A stretch of DNA of 64,000 nt from Candidatus Pacearchaeota archaeon (GCA_018304025.1 JAGVXA010000004.1:9719-73718), one strand, 5' to 3'; positions 49,670 through 60,105 are shown, counted from the stretch's first letter. Numbers and translations: made by a program. The notes: generated by a model not told the origin, from the letters alone.

Positions 49670-50263
49670 ATGGTAAAAAATTTCTTGCCAGCCGCGTTAG
49701 CAATAATTTTAATCCTCAATATAACAGCAGCCGCAGCAATTACAGGAGCAATCGGAAATTCCCGAATGGTTTTAAGAATGGAGCAGGGCGAGGAAATTGA
49801 AAAATACGTTCTGGTAAAAAACGTAAATGATATTCCTCTGACAATAGACTTGATTATAACAGGAGATTTGGCAGACGAAGTTGAATTAGAAGAAGAGTCG
49901 TTTGTTCTGCAGCCAAAAGAAGAAAAGAAAGCATACTTCACAATCACGGCTGCAAAATCAGGAACAACAGAAACAAAAATTAATGTCAAATTCACGCCCG
50001 AAGAAGGAAACGGCGTCGGATTATCCTCGTCGGTAATTGTAATAACTTCGGGCGAGGGCGAAGAAGAATTAGACGATTCAGAAACAGATGATTCAGGCGC
50101 AGGCTCTCCATTAACAGGCTCAGTGATATCAGACAATCTTTCAAAAATATCAAGCACAACAATTTTAACAGTTTCAGCAGCAGTTTTGATTCTCGCACTG
50201 TTAGCATTAATAATCTATTCAATAAACAAAAAGAAAAAAAAGGTGAGGAGGTCCAATGCCTAA
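49670..50263 (+). CDS. secreted Ig-like domain + LTG-TM anchor
   Basis: Signal peptide; GNSRMVL...YVLVKNVND...FVLQPKEEK; PLTGSVI followed by TM and KKKKK. Confidence 0.75.
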   Translation: MVKNFLPAALAIILILNITAAAAITGAIGNSRMVLRMEQGEEIEKYVLVKNVNDIPLTIDLIITGDLADEVELEEESFVLQPKEEKKAYFTITAAKSGTTETKINVKFTPEEGNGVGLSSSVIVITSGEGEEELDDSETDDSGAGSPLTGSVISDNLSKISSTTILTVSAAVLILALLALIIYSINKKKKKVRRSNA

Positions 50264-52913
50264 AGCATGGAAATTTATTTTTCTCTTGGCGATTTTAATT
50301 CTTCCGTTGGCATCAGCAGCAGACGTCGCTTATATTTTGGAAGACCCTCCATCAGGTCAAACAAGTCCCCAACTAAATCTAGTAATTATATCAGCATTAA
50401 ATAATAAGGGATTAACATACGACGTAATAAAAGATTCCCAAATTCCGACGACAGATTTCTCCCAGTATTCTCTCTTGTTAATCGCAGAAGACGTTGACAA
50501 ACTAGATTATTCGCGGGTAAGTCAAAAAAATAAAATCTTTTTCAATGATAGAGTAGCAGAAGATGTTTGGAAGGGCGTTAGCGCTACGTATACAACAAAC
50601 AGAAAAACAATAAAATCAACAAATATTAACCATGAAGTTTTCGAAGGAATAACTTTTCCAACAGATTGGACAATGGAAATTTATAGTACAACAAATCAAA
50701 TACATTTTTTACAAATTAAACCATCATATATTACTACGCTGGCAATTAGGTCTGATTTAAACGTTCCAGTAATTGCATACTCAGAATCAAATGAAATAAA
50801 AAATTTCTTTTTCGGAGCCCCTTTCTTCAATGACTGGAACAGCAACGGAAAGCAGATATTTGAAAACGCATTAACCTGGATGACTCAATTACCAGACGAA
50901 TGTAATTTAAACTCAGAATGCGACGACAGTAATCCCCTAACACAAGACATCTGCCACGAACCGCAGGCAGAAACATCTTATTGCACAAACGACTTGCTTC
51001 CCCCTGAAAACAACCCTCCAACATTCACAGGCCCAATCCCAGAAATTAGATGGATAAAAGGAACAGCATCTGAACCTCTTAATCTAAATAATTATTTTGA
51101 TGATTTAGACGGAGAGGATTTAACTTTTGGAATATCAGCATATAATCCGGAGAATACAGGAATTCATATTAACCCGCCAGAAGAAAACGGTATCTTCTCA
51201 TTTTGGTCAGACGCAGAATTCACAGGAGAAGACTGGATTGTCTTTTACGCCGACGACGGAGAAGACAGAACATCAACCAACACAATAATCCTGTCAGTAA
51301 TTCCAATTATTCCGCCGGAAAATCAGCCGCCTGTTTTTCAAGCTCTTCAGTGCGAAACGCAAATAGACGAAGACGCAGAAGAGAAAACCTGCGTTCTGCA
51401 AGCATCTGATCCCGAAAACGACGAATTAACATTTGAAGTTGAATCGCAGGCAAATTTAATCTGCGCAATAAATGAAAACACCCTAACATACTCCCCAGAA
51501 GAAAATTACAACGGTTCAGCATCCTGCACTATCTCAGTTTCCGACGGAACTTCAGCAGATTCAAAAACATTAGAAATAAACATTCAGCCAATTAACGACG
51601 CTCCTGAAATTATCTCTGCCACCCCAAGCCAAAGCGTAATTAATTTATTCGAAGGAAAATCTCAAATTTTCTCATTGGAAACGCAAGACATAGATTCTGA
51701 AAAAACGCTCCAGTGGTTTTTAGATGATATCCTGCAATTAACAACAGCTTCGCAATACACCTTCCTGCAATCTCCAGGCTCTTACATTCTTTCCGCCAAA
51801 GTTTCCGACGGACAATTTACAAATGAAAAAATCTGGAGCGTAATAGTGGGTAATATCGAAGATTACACTTGTTCTGAAGTTTCTGGATATATTACAAAGG
51901 AAAACGAAATCTGCAGAGGGGAATTCTTAGGCGTAAAAGACTACCCTGAATCGTGCTGCTCAACCATTCCCGAACCAAAATTCGGAGACGCAAAGACTTG
52001 CGAATCTTTAAGCAATGAAATAGAGATAGAAATAGAAAATCCAGAAGACGGTGATGCAATAGAATTCGGAAGCACACTAGATATAGAATTAGACATAACA
52101 AATAATCAGGATGAAGAGCAGGACATTGAAGTAGAAGCGTATCTTTATGATTTAACCGACGACAAAGTATTAATGGAAGACAGCGCTTCAATTTCAGTCG
52201 GAGACGACAGCTCAAGAGTATTAAAATTCAATTTCGAAATTCCAAATGATTTGGACTTGGAAAACAAATACGCAATTTTAACAAAGGCGTATTCCGAAGA
52301 CGATAAAGATACATGTAATCAGATTTACAAGAAAATAGAATTAAACAGGCCGAATGAAAATGTTATAATCTCGGCATTTGATTTGCCCTTGACAGCAGTA
52401 TGCGGGCAGGTAATATCCTCAAAAATAAAATTAGAAAATCTTGGTTCAGAAAGCCAGGAAGCAGCAATTTCTTTAAAGAATAAAGACTTGGGCATTTCGC
52501 AGACATCAGAGAAATTCACAATTGAAGAATATGACGAAGACAATGATAAAAAAACAATGGAATTTTCCCTAAAAATTCCCGAAGATGCGGAAACAAAGGC
52601 GTATGTGATAACAGCAACGCTTTCTTACGGCGCGCTAAGAGAAACACTGACAAAAGAAATTAAGATACAATGCAGCTCGCAAGAACCAAACACTTCATTT
52701 ACAGCTGAAACTCTCTCTGACGAACAAACGCAGATAAATTTGAATAAAAACCAACCAGCAGTAGCCTCCCAGCAGACAAAACCAAAGACATTTCTCTATA
52801 TGATGATTTTATCTAACATAAGCCTAATCATAGTCTCTGTCTTGGCTTATCTTTTGATTTTGCCGTCGGTAAATTCAAAGATTTCAATAAGAAGAGAGTT
52901 GTTAAAAAAATGA
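50256..52913 (+). CDS. large membrane-anchored surface protein (ADVAY domain, cadherin/Ig-like and CARDB-like domains)
   Basis: ASA|ADVAYIL; NNPPTF, ASDPENDELTF, INDAP repeats; C-terminal TM. Confidence 0.82.
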   Translation: MPKAWKFIFLLAILILPLASAADVAYILEDPPSGQTSPQLNLVIISALNNKGLTYDVIKDSQIPTTDFSQYSLLLIAEDVDKLDYSRVSQKNKIFFNDRVAEDVWKGVSATYTTNRKTIKSTNINHEVFEGITFPTDWTMEIYSTTNQIHFLQIKPSYITTLAIRSDLNVPVIAYSESNEIKNFFFGAPFFNDWNSNGKQIFENALTWMTQLPDECNLNSECDDSNPLTQDICHEPQAETSYCTNDLLPPENNPPTFTGPIPEIRWIKGTASEPLNLNNYFDDLDGEDLTFGISAYNPENTGIHINPPEENGIFSFWSDAEFTGEDWIVFYADDGEDRTSTNTIILSVIPIIPPENQPPVFQALQCETQIDEDAEEKTCVLQASDPENDELTFEVESQANLICAINENTLTYSPEENYNGSASCTISVSDGTSADSKTLEINIQPINDAPEIISATPSQSVINLFEGKSQIFSLETQDIDSEKTLQWFLDDILQLTTASQYTFLQSPGSYILSAKVSDGQFTNEKIWSVIVGNIEDYTCSEVSGYITKENEICRGEFLGVKDYPESCCSTIPEPKFGDAKTCESLSNEIEIEIENPEDGDAIEFGSTLDIELDITNNQDEEQDIEVEAYLYDLTDDKVLMEDSASISVGDDSSRVLKFNFEIPNDLDLENKYAILTKAYSEDDKDTCNQIYKKIELNRPNENVIISAFDLPLTAVCGQVISSKIKLENLGSESQEAAISLKNKDLGISQTSEKFTIEEYDEDNDKKTMEFSLKIPEDAETKAYVITATLSYGALRETLTKEIKIQCSSQEPNTSFTAETLSDEQTQINLNKNQPAVASQQTKPKTFLYMMILSNISLIIVSVLAYLLILPSVNSKISIRRELLKK

Positions 52914-52980
52914 ATTGATTCAATTCAATTTGTTAGTTTATGTTCATTAAAATAGGGGCGCTTCTCAAGATTCATTTTGT

Positions 52981-53224
52981 ATTAATTATTCCCCTCCCAA
53001 TTTAATTTTATCTCACAACCCAACCGAACTCTTTCCCCAATTTATTTTTGTCTATCGCAATAAATCCCCAACCCCTCTTGAATTTTCTCCCCAATAATTA
53101 TTCCCCTCCCCATTTAATTTTATCTCACAACCCAACCGAACTCTTTCCCCAATTTATTTTTGTCTATCGCAATAAATCCCCAACCCCTCTCGAATTTTTC
53201 TCCCCATTAATTATTCCCCTCCCC
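52981..53224. repeat. ~112-bp tandem direct repeat (about 2.2 copies)
   Basis: Units start at 52981, 53093, 53206 (a.taattattcccctccc...); nearly identical; lies between convergent genes. Confidence 0.85.
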
Positions 53225-53263
53225 AAAACTCCCCACCCATCTTTAAATCCTCACCCCATTCCC

Positions 53264-54001
53264 CTAAAATAATTTCCTGAAATTCCCCTCAATCTCCCTC
53301 TCAACTTCCTTCAAACTCTTCCCCTTAATTTCAGCGATTTTACGGTAACTCTCGACGACAAAAGCCGGTTCGTTCTTTCCCTCTCGCAAAGGATGCAAAA
53401 AAGGAGAATCTGTCTCGCACAATAACTGCGAAAGCTCAACGCGCCGAACCAAGTTCTGAAAATGCTCATTATATTTAACAGAAGCAGGCACACTGAAACT
53501 CCAGCCGTTAGCAGAAATCCTGTCAATTAATTTGAACCCTCCCGAAAAGCAATGCATCACAATTTTTTTCGCGCCAGATTCCTCAAGCATCTCAACACAT
53601 TCTTTCTCAGCTTTTCGCGAATGCACAATCAACGGCTTGTTTAATTCAATAGCCAGCTCAATAAATTTCTGAAAAACTTTTTTCTGCTTTTCCCTATCAG
53701 CTCCGCTTTCAAGAAAATCCAGTCCCACTTCACCAATAGCAATAATCTTGCCGGCGTTCGCCCGAATAAACTCAATTTCCTCGTCGATATCTCTCAAGAT
53801 TTCAGTCGGATGCACGCCCAAAGCGCCCCTAATTTCTTTATACTTCTTAGCCAATTCAATTACTTCTTTATTCTCCGAAATTCCAATTCCGTTGGCAACA
53901 ATCAATTTGACATTTTCTTTCTTCGCTCTCTCAACTACTTCCCCAACTTCTCCAGCGCTGTAAAACCGCGAATCCAAATGGCAATGCACGTCGATGAACA
54001 T
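53264..54001 (-). CDS. tatD: TatD family nuclease
   Basis: DVHCHL, GVHP, AIGEVGLD, VHSR, MHCF, ETDSP. Confidence 0.95.
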   Translation of the reverse strand: MFIDVHCHLDSRFYSAGEVGEVVERAKKENVKLIVANGIGISENKEVIELAKKYKEIRGALGVHPTEILRDIDEEIEFIRANAGKIIAIGEVGLDFLESGADREKQKKVFQKFIELAIELNKPLIVHSRKAEKECVEMLEESGAKKIVMHCFSGGFKLIDRISANGWSFSVPASVKYNEHFQNLVRRVELSQLLCETDSPFLHPLREGKNEPAFVVESYRKIAEIKGKSLKEVEREIEGNFRKLF

Positions 54002-54044
54002 TTTATTTCAATGTAGGGAGAGTTTAAAAATATAGCCAAGCATT

Positions 54045-54539
54045 TTAGATTACATCTATTTTCTTAGGTTCGCTAATCGCATTTTCGCATATAATTTCTT
54101 TTCCGTAGACGAGAATTACCGGGATTGCTTTGATCGCGAGTCCCTGAGTAGCCAAATCAATACCAACATTACTCGGATTCGCATTATTATTCTTGAATTC
54201 TTTCGAACCAAACTCAGTTAAATCAGTTGCGTCATCGTCATCGACACTTATAGTCTTATCATCAATAATAAAATTTATTTTTGATAGAGCTCCTGCACCG
54301 TTATTTCTTGTTACAATAATTGTCAGAATCGGATCTGCGCCCGGACCAGGATCACTGTTAAATTCAGCTTTCGTAACTTCAATATCAAAATCTCTGCAAG
54401 CTTCATTAAACTCTATCGAGCTTTTCAAATCATCTATCATTGGAAAGAAAAAACTAGCAACAACACCAACAGCCACAATCACAAGTAAAACAATTAACAC
54501 ACTAGTTATAATTGAAGACAATCCTCTTTTTTTTATCAT
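54045..54539 (-). CDS. archaeal type IV pilin-like protein
   Basis: KKRG|LSSIITSVLIVLLVIVAVGVV. Confidence 0.85.
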   Translation of the reverse strand: MIKKRGLSSIITSVLIVLLVIVAVGVVASFFFPMIDDLKSSIEFNEACRDFDIEVTKAEFNSDPGPGADPILTIIVTRNNGAGALSKINFIIDDKTISVDDDDATDLTEFGSKEFKNNNANPSNVGIDLATQGLAIKAIPVILVYGKEIICENAISEPKKIDVI

Positions 54540-54581
54540 ATAAACAATAAATATCTTTAACTCATAAACTTTTCTATTTTA

Positions 54582-57107
54582 TTAGTTGGAAAAATTACAG
54601 TTTGTCGGAATGCCAGGTCCGCTCAAGCACATGTCAAACTTATTCAAATCGTCTTTGTCGACGTCATTATCTCTATCGAAATCCACATCAGAGCATTCAA
54701 ATGTTAGCGGATTTTCAAGCCCAGAAAAACAAGATTGCAAATGTCCAAAATCAATCATGTCAATATCGCCGTCTCTGTCATAGTCAAGGTTTAGTTTTTT
54801 CTGCAGCAGCGGAGCGTTTTGAGGAAGGCGAGCCATGTAAATATCTCCGTAGTATGTGCCTGCATTATTTCTAGTATCTGTCCAGACAAGAATGTTCCCA
54901 CCAAGATTTGGTTCATATTGGTGCTCATTATTTGGTGTAATAATAAATTCTCCTCTGTCGTCATTTGTGCCAAAAACTTTATCTTCTCCAAAATCAAAAG
55001 CAAAAACATCCGCCGTAGCAGAACCTGGCGGATTATTATTATTTCTCCAATCCGAAAATAATAAATATCTATCTCTAATAAAATGATCACCAAGACGCAC
55101 TTTCCCACTCTTAGTTATCTGAAAAGGCCCCCTATCATCGCCTGTTCCGTGTTTCAAATCAACTCCGATATCATAACCATAAATATTTCTAGCCCCAGAA
55201 ATTCCATTTTGCCAGACAATCATTCTTTCCGAGATTTGCGGATTGCAAGAGCTATCAGAAAGATTTTGTGCTATAGTAAAGTCTCTATTAGTCGAAATTT
55301 CTTTCCCATAAATATTTTTAATTTGCAAAGCATATTTCGCCGCATATACAAAATTATCTCCAGACATGTCCAAGACAGTTATAGCAGAATACGGAAGAGT
55401 TAAAACATTCTCATTTCCAGAATTAATATCTTTTATGTGCGCTTCAGACACGTTATTGACTAAAGAAAGCACGCGCCCATTATCGATTGATTGGGCCACA
55501 CTAAATACACCATTACTTAATTGCGTTTTTTCTTTTGTATTCAAATTGTAAAGAATTGCACGAGAATTAGAATAAGGATTCATATTTGTTGAATAAATCA
55601 ACCAACCATTCTCGATACATTTGTATGCACCCATCCTTTTTGACAGTATGTCCGAATCAATTGAAATCTCCTCCCCACCATCTATCTGTCTCGCCTTTAT
55701 CGAATAAACACCATTATTCAATTCTCTCCAAGCTACCCAATTCCCATCAGTTTTCGGATTATCTTCTGTTAAATCGCTAGTCGATAAAGCACTAACAAAG
55801 CCCTGTGGCAGCGTCCCCATCGCCCCCGCCCCATTCACCCTCCCCGCCCCCGAATCAGTATCCCACCCACTGGGAATATCAGCAGTCATTTCCAAATGAG
55901 CCCGCATCGCGTCTGGAAAAGTGCCGGGAAACCGCCCAAGAACCAGCGCAGCCAACCCAGAAACATGCGGAGCAGCCATCGAAGTCCCCGAAGCAATTCG
56001 ATAATCAGCGCCAACAGCAACAGTATTGTTGTCAAAATCAGCATCTCTCTGCGCAGCGCTCAACGAAAGAATTTCTGTCCCCGGCGCGCCCACACTTATT
56101 CCCGCGCCATAATTAGAAGAAGCACTGCGGACATCCTCTGAAGTCAAATTTGAAACAGCAATCACGTGCTCCATGTTCGCAGGAAAAACTCCAGACACGT
56201 CAGCACTTTCATTGCCCGCCGCAGCAACCAATAAAACATTTTTATGAAAAGCATAATCAACAGCTTCTTCAAGATGCGACGGCGCAGCTCCCGATGTCCC
56301 AATGCTCATGTTAATTACATTAGCCCCGTTGTCAGCAGCATATATAATCGCCCGCGCAATATCTGTTGAAGCGCCGTTCCGCCCGCTCGCGCCAATAACT
56401 TTCAAAGGCATTATTTTTGCCCCATACGAAACTCCTATAATTCCTTCATTATTATTTCCTCGTCCAGCAACAATTCCAGCAACATGCGTCCCGTGCCCGT
56501 TGTCATCCATCGGATCAGTATCTTCATTCACAAAATCAAATCCCCGCGCCCCATCAACAGGATTCGTCCAGACATCCCCGACGTCAATTTGATTATAATC
56601 CAAGCCAGTGTCAATCACAGCAACAGTTATATTATTTCCAGCAAGCGGAACACCGTCGCCATTCTTAGGAAAACTATCCCACGCCTTGTCCGCCTGAATT
56701 TTTTTCAATCCCCACAAATCATTATACAAACTATCGTTCGGCTCATAAAAACAATGAACATAAAAGTCAGGTTCAGCATAAGCAATCCGCGCATCTTTTT
56801 TTAATCTGCCAATCACATCCTCAACTTTTTCCCCGTGCGCTATCTTAGCAGTATAAGTTCCAGAAAGTTCTTTAGAACCCGACAGATGCAGCGCTTTCAT
56901 TTCATGAATCCCGTGCCTGCGGACAACATCATCGAGAACTTCTTTTCCGTATCTTCCCTCGAATGTATTTTCATTTAATTTAACAACAACTCTGTCAGAA
57001 ACATATTTTTCCGAGCCGCCAAAAGAAGTTTGCCCGAACATACTCGCGAGTGCAAAAGCCCCGCCAACAAGCGCCTTCTTGAAATTTCCAAAATCGTTGC
57101 GTGTCAT
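54582..57107 (-). CDS. S8 subtilase with propeptide, beta-propeller-like repeats and C-terminal dockerin-like pair
   Basis: VIDTG, HGTHVAG, AAGN, GTSMAAPHV; VWTDTRN-type repeats; DYDRDGDIDMIDFGHLQSCFSG / DFDRDNDVDKDDLNKFDMCLSGP. Confidence 0.92.
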   Translation of the reverse strand: MTRNDFGNFKKALVGGAFALASMFGQTSFGGSEKYVSDRVVVKLNENTFEGRYGKEVLDDVVRRHGIHEMKALHLSGSKELSGTYTAKIAHGEKVEDVIGRLKKDARIAYAEPDFYVHCFYEPNDSLYNDLWGLKKIQADKAWDSFPKNGDGVPLAGNNITVAVIDTGLDYNQIDVGDVWTNPVDGARGFDFVNEDTDPMDDNGHGTHVAGIVAGRGNNNEGIIGVSYGAKIMPLKVIGASGRNGASTDIARAIIYAADNGANVINMSIGTSGAAPSHLEEAVDYAFHKNVLLVAAAGNESADVSGVFPANMEHVIAVSNLTSEDVRSASSNYGAGISVGAPGTEILSLSAAQRDADFDNNTVAVGADYRIASGTSMAAPHVSGLAALVLGRFPGTFPDAMRAHLEMTADIPSGWDTDSGAGRVNGAGAMGTLPQGFVSALSTSDLTEDNPKTDGNWVAWRELNNGVYSIKARQIDGGEEISIDSDILSKRMGAYKCIENGWLIYSTNMNPYSNSRAILYNLNTKEKTQLSNGVFSVAQSIDNGRVLSLVNNVSEAHIKDINSGNENVLTLPYSAITVLDMSGDNFVYAAKYALQIKNIYGKEISTNRDFTIAQNLSDSSCNPQISERMIVWQNGISGARNIYGYDIGVDLKHGTGDDRGPFQITKSGKVRLGDHFIRDRYLLFSDWRNNNNPPGSATADVFAFDFGEDKVFGTNDDRGEFIITPNNEHQYEPNLGGNILVWTDTRNNAGTYYGDIYMARLPQNAPLLQKKLNLDYDRDGDIDMIDFGHLQSCFSGLENPLTFECSDVDFDRDNDVDKDDLNKFDMCLSGPGIPTNCNFSN

Positions 57108-57131
57108 CTTATATTATTAATATCTCCGTCG

Positions 57132-57626
57132 TTAAAAATTTATCTCCATATGCGCAATCATCTCCCTATAATCTGAAAAATAAGTTCCGCCTTCAACATA
57201 CCACCTAAACTCTCTCTCTTTCAGTTCGCCTCCCCCGTTCGCTATCGTGTCATCAGAAGTAAAAACATTAAATCCCCTTCGCAGCGCGCCCTCTGCAGTC
57301 GCAGTAACACACGCAGCTCCGCTAATTCCCATAAAATACAAATCTTTCGCTCCCCATTTGGAAAGAATCTTTTCCAAAGTCGTTCCTGCAAACCCGTCAG
57401 CCCCCCTCTTAACAATTCTCGTCTTCCGTTTTAAATTCCTAATTTGCTCCCGAAGCTCTTCGACAGTCTCCCCCATATTATTGTATTCCACCAGCGCAAC
57501 CGGAATTTTCTTGTCGCCCGCGTATCTCAAAACCTCTCCCTGCGCATAGCACAAAAGTTTTCTTTCAGCTATCGCTCTAGCAAACGCATCCTGCATATCC
57601 ACGACAACAATCGCCTTTCCGTTCAT
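57132..57626 (-). CDS. isochorismatase-like cysteine hydrolase
   Basis: IVVVDMQ, K..ADGF..T.L, GISGAACVTATA. Confidence 0.85.
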   Translation of the reverse strand: MNGKAIVVVDMQDAFARAIAERKLLCYAQGEVLRYAGDKKIPVALVEYNNMGETVEELREQIRNLKRKTRIVKRGADGFAGTTLEKILSKWGAKDLYFMGISGAACVTATAEGALRRGFNVFTSDDTIANGGGELKEREFRWYVEGGTYFSDYREMIAHMEINF

Positions 57627-57797
57627 AAAAATTAGGAAAAAAGGAGGTATTTAAATTATCTGGAAATCTATTTGTGCCGGTTAACTATATATTCTATTTT
57701 TAATTAATAATTTAATCAAATAATTCCAAAATATATGAAAAATTAATCATAGATTAATCTTTCGACTCTAACAACAATCTCTTAAAATCCCAAAAAA

Positions 57798-59105
57798 TTA
57801 TCTCGGATCAACTACTTTGCCCATGAATAATATGTTTCCAGTTTGCCTTTCTTGAATTATAAAAACAAAAGGATGATCTGCTCTAAATATATTTCTTGGC
57901 ATTGGCGAAATAGTCTCTGCGATAACGGCTGTTGCAGCTGCAGCTTCTGTCCCTTCTTCATCAACTTTCACATATGCCTGATGAATCACTTGACTAATAA
58001 ATAAATCTCTCTTGCCAGTCATTCCAGAGAAATCAGCACTGTCAGAAAAAGAATTAGGCATTCCTAAATTACTTAGAGTTTCTTTCATAAAGTATTTTGT
58101 ATCAAACTCAAATTTAGGCAAATAAATAGCATCCAAATCTGTTTCTTGCATTTTTGATTTATATTCTTCAAGTTTTTCAGAAGAAAGTTCAATATCTTCA
58201 AGAGTGTAATTAGAAGTAATTATCTCGTTGGTTTCGTAGTCATAGTCTTCCCCTTGCTTTGGCAACAAAACTAACATTGAAATATCCTCTCCTTTGTACG
58301 GAAGTTCTAAAATTTGTAAGTCTCCTAAGTCAGCATAATTAAACATTGCTTTGTCATTATCCATGTACATCATTGGAACCCGAATAACATTATCTGTAGT
58401 TATTTTAAACTCCCCCTCTCTTGTGTCGCTCTTATCAAATTCCCATTCCCACGTACCTTTGAAATAAATCGCATTGGTTAAAACCAATCTTGTGTCTGAA
58501 CCTATCACGCCTTCAGGAATCAAATCCCGGATTTTGTCATTAGTTTGTTCCTCAATAAAACTATTAATTGTTTGTCTCGATTTCTCTGTTTCACTAATAA
58601 AATCCAAATTTGCTGCTTTTCCGCCGTAATATTTCTCCGTAGTTGTTATGTACTCTTGAAGAAATGGATAATCTTTTTGAACCCATAGCGCATTTCCTGT
58701 ATTTAACTGATAATCTTTCTGCCCTTTGTTTATGTTGTTATAAATAGCAGCAAAATTCGATCTTAAAATATCACTTTCAGGAAAATGAAAAACAGATTTC
58801 ATTTCATCAGCTGTCGCTCCTCGCGCTCCCTCATAAGTCATTGCTAAAGCAGCAGAAATACTATAAGGCGAATAAAACATATTTCCTTGCTCACTTTTGT
58901 CTAGTTGAGAATAAACCTCAAAAGCAAACCGATTATTTGCAGTTACTACTTCCCGAATTCCTTGTTGCGCCGAACCGTCGTCATCTGCTCGAGGAGGTTG
59001 ATTCGGAGAATAAGGGTATAAAAATAATCCTATCGTAATAACCGCAATAGCAGCCACAACAATTATTGCCACAATCGTTGCACTTGCAGTTTTTTGTTTT
59101 ACCAT
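57798..59105 (-). CDS. serpin (membrane-anchored serine protease inhibitor)
   Basis: SPYSI, NAIYFKGTW, hinge VDEEGTEAAAATAV, FRADHPFVF. Confidence 0.96.
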   Translation of the reverse strand: MVKQKTASATIVAIIVVAAIAVITIGLFLYPYSPNQPPRADDDGSAQQGIREVVTANNRFAFEVYSQLDKSEQGNMFYSPYSISAALAMTYEGARGATADEMKSVFHFPESDILRSNFAAIYNNINKGQKDYQLNTGNALWVQKDYPFLQEYITTTEKYYGGKAANLDFISETEKSRQTINSFIEEQTNDKIRDLIPEGVIGSDTRLVLTNAIYFKGTWEWEFDKSDTREGEFKITTDNVIRVPMMYMDNDKAMFNYADLGDLQILELPYKGEDISMLVLLPKQGEDYDYETNEIITSNYTLEDIELSSEKLEEYKSKMQETDLDAIYLPKFEFDTKYFMKETLSNLGMPNSFSDSADFSGMTGKRDLFISQVIHQAYVKVDEEGTEAAAATAVIAETISPMPRNIFRADHPFVFIIQERQTGNILFMGKVVDPR

Positions 59106-59182
59106 CTCAATTAACTCGTTCTTCTCCTTTTAAAATTTGTTTAGACTTCAATCACAGTTGAAGTATCGTATAATCAGAGAGA

Positions 59183-60034
59183 CTATTTCTTCAATCCCTT
59201 AACTTTCCCAGCACTCTTCACATCCTCAACTTCCCCAAACCCATCCCACGCCAAATTAAACATCTGCTCCATTGACTTTGCAAAATAGTCAGTAGTAAGC
59301 CAGACAGCGACGTCATAATTCGGATGCACGTGCTTGTCATCAATCAGCATGAACATCAGTTGATTTGAATCAACAATCGCAAATCTTCCGTTAAGATTCA
59401 CGCCCTTCGTGTCCCGAACTTCAGCAACTTTCATCAAATCTTTCGCAATCTTAATATTTTTCTCAGTAATCGGCGCGGCAATCTTTATGCTGACTCCTCG
59501 TTTTTTGGCTTTTTCAAAAGCAGGCAGCAGCGTTTCCATTTTTCTGTTTAACCCGTCTTCAGTCGTAGCAATTGTAATATTCTTTTCAGCAGCGCGAACC
59601 ATCATGTCCAAATGATTGTACATATTCTGTCTTCCCCTCAAACTCCCGGACATGTCAGACGGTTCAACAAATTTAATTCCGTTGTCAAATAGCGAAGTCA
59701 GCTCCCCCAAAACACTGTCTTTTTTCAATTCTTCCAGTCTTTTAGACCGCTCAGAAGCGTTGCTAATTAAATTCCTCTTGACTCTTTCAACAACTTCTTC
59801 CGGCTTAAGAGCAACAAATTTAATCGGCTTCCCAATTTTCATGACGATAAATCCTTTTTTCTCCAGCGATTCCAAAATATCATACGTCCTCGAACGCGGA
59901 ACATCAGAAATATTGCTCAATTCCCCCGCAGTAGAAACACCCCGAGACAGCAAAGCAGTCCAAACTTTCGCTTCGTATAAATTTAAATCGAAGATTTTTC
60001 TGAGCTGACTTAAAAATTCATCCTTTATTATCAT
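59183..60034 (-). CDS. trmB: TrmB family transcriptional regulator
   Basis: LNLYEAKVW...SDVPRSRTYDILESLEKKG plus PLD-like effector domain. Confidence 0.9.
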   Translation of the reverse strand: MIIKDEFLSQLRKIFDLNLYEAKVWTALLSRGVSTAGELSNISDVPRSRTYDILESLEKKGFIVMKIGKPIKFVALKPEEVVERVKRNLISNASERSKRLEELKKDSVLGELTSLFDNGIKFVEPSDMSGSLRGRQNMYNHLDMMVRAAEKNITIATTEDGLNRKMETLLPAFEKAKKRGVSIKIAAPITEKNIKIAKDLMKVAEVRDTKGVNLNGRFAIVDSNQLMFMLIDDKHVHPNYDVAVWLTTDYFAKSMEQMFNLAWDGFGEVEDVKSAGKVKGLKK

Positions 60035-60105
60035 ATGATTTTAACCTCTTATAAAAACTAAATCGCTATACTATTTAAACTTTATCAACATATACTACCC
60101 TATAA

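Noticed and set aside
52981..53224. CRISPR array
   Set aside because: Whole 112-bp units are duplicated; there are no unique spacers
53048..53272. Pro-rich ORF here, and similar ORFs at 23582-23764, 26067-26330 and 26143-26490
   Set aside because: Translations of C-rich repeat spacers, mostly with non-ATG starts and no protein-like features
59146..59165. Xer dif site (acttcaa-tcacag-ttgaagt)
   Set aside because: Arms are only 7 bp and do not match the 11-6-11 dif layout; more likely an operator or terminator between trmB and the serpin
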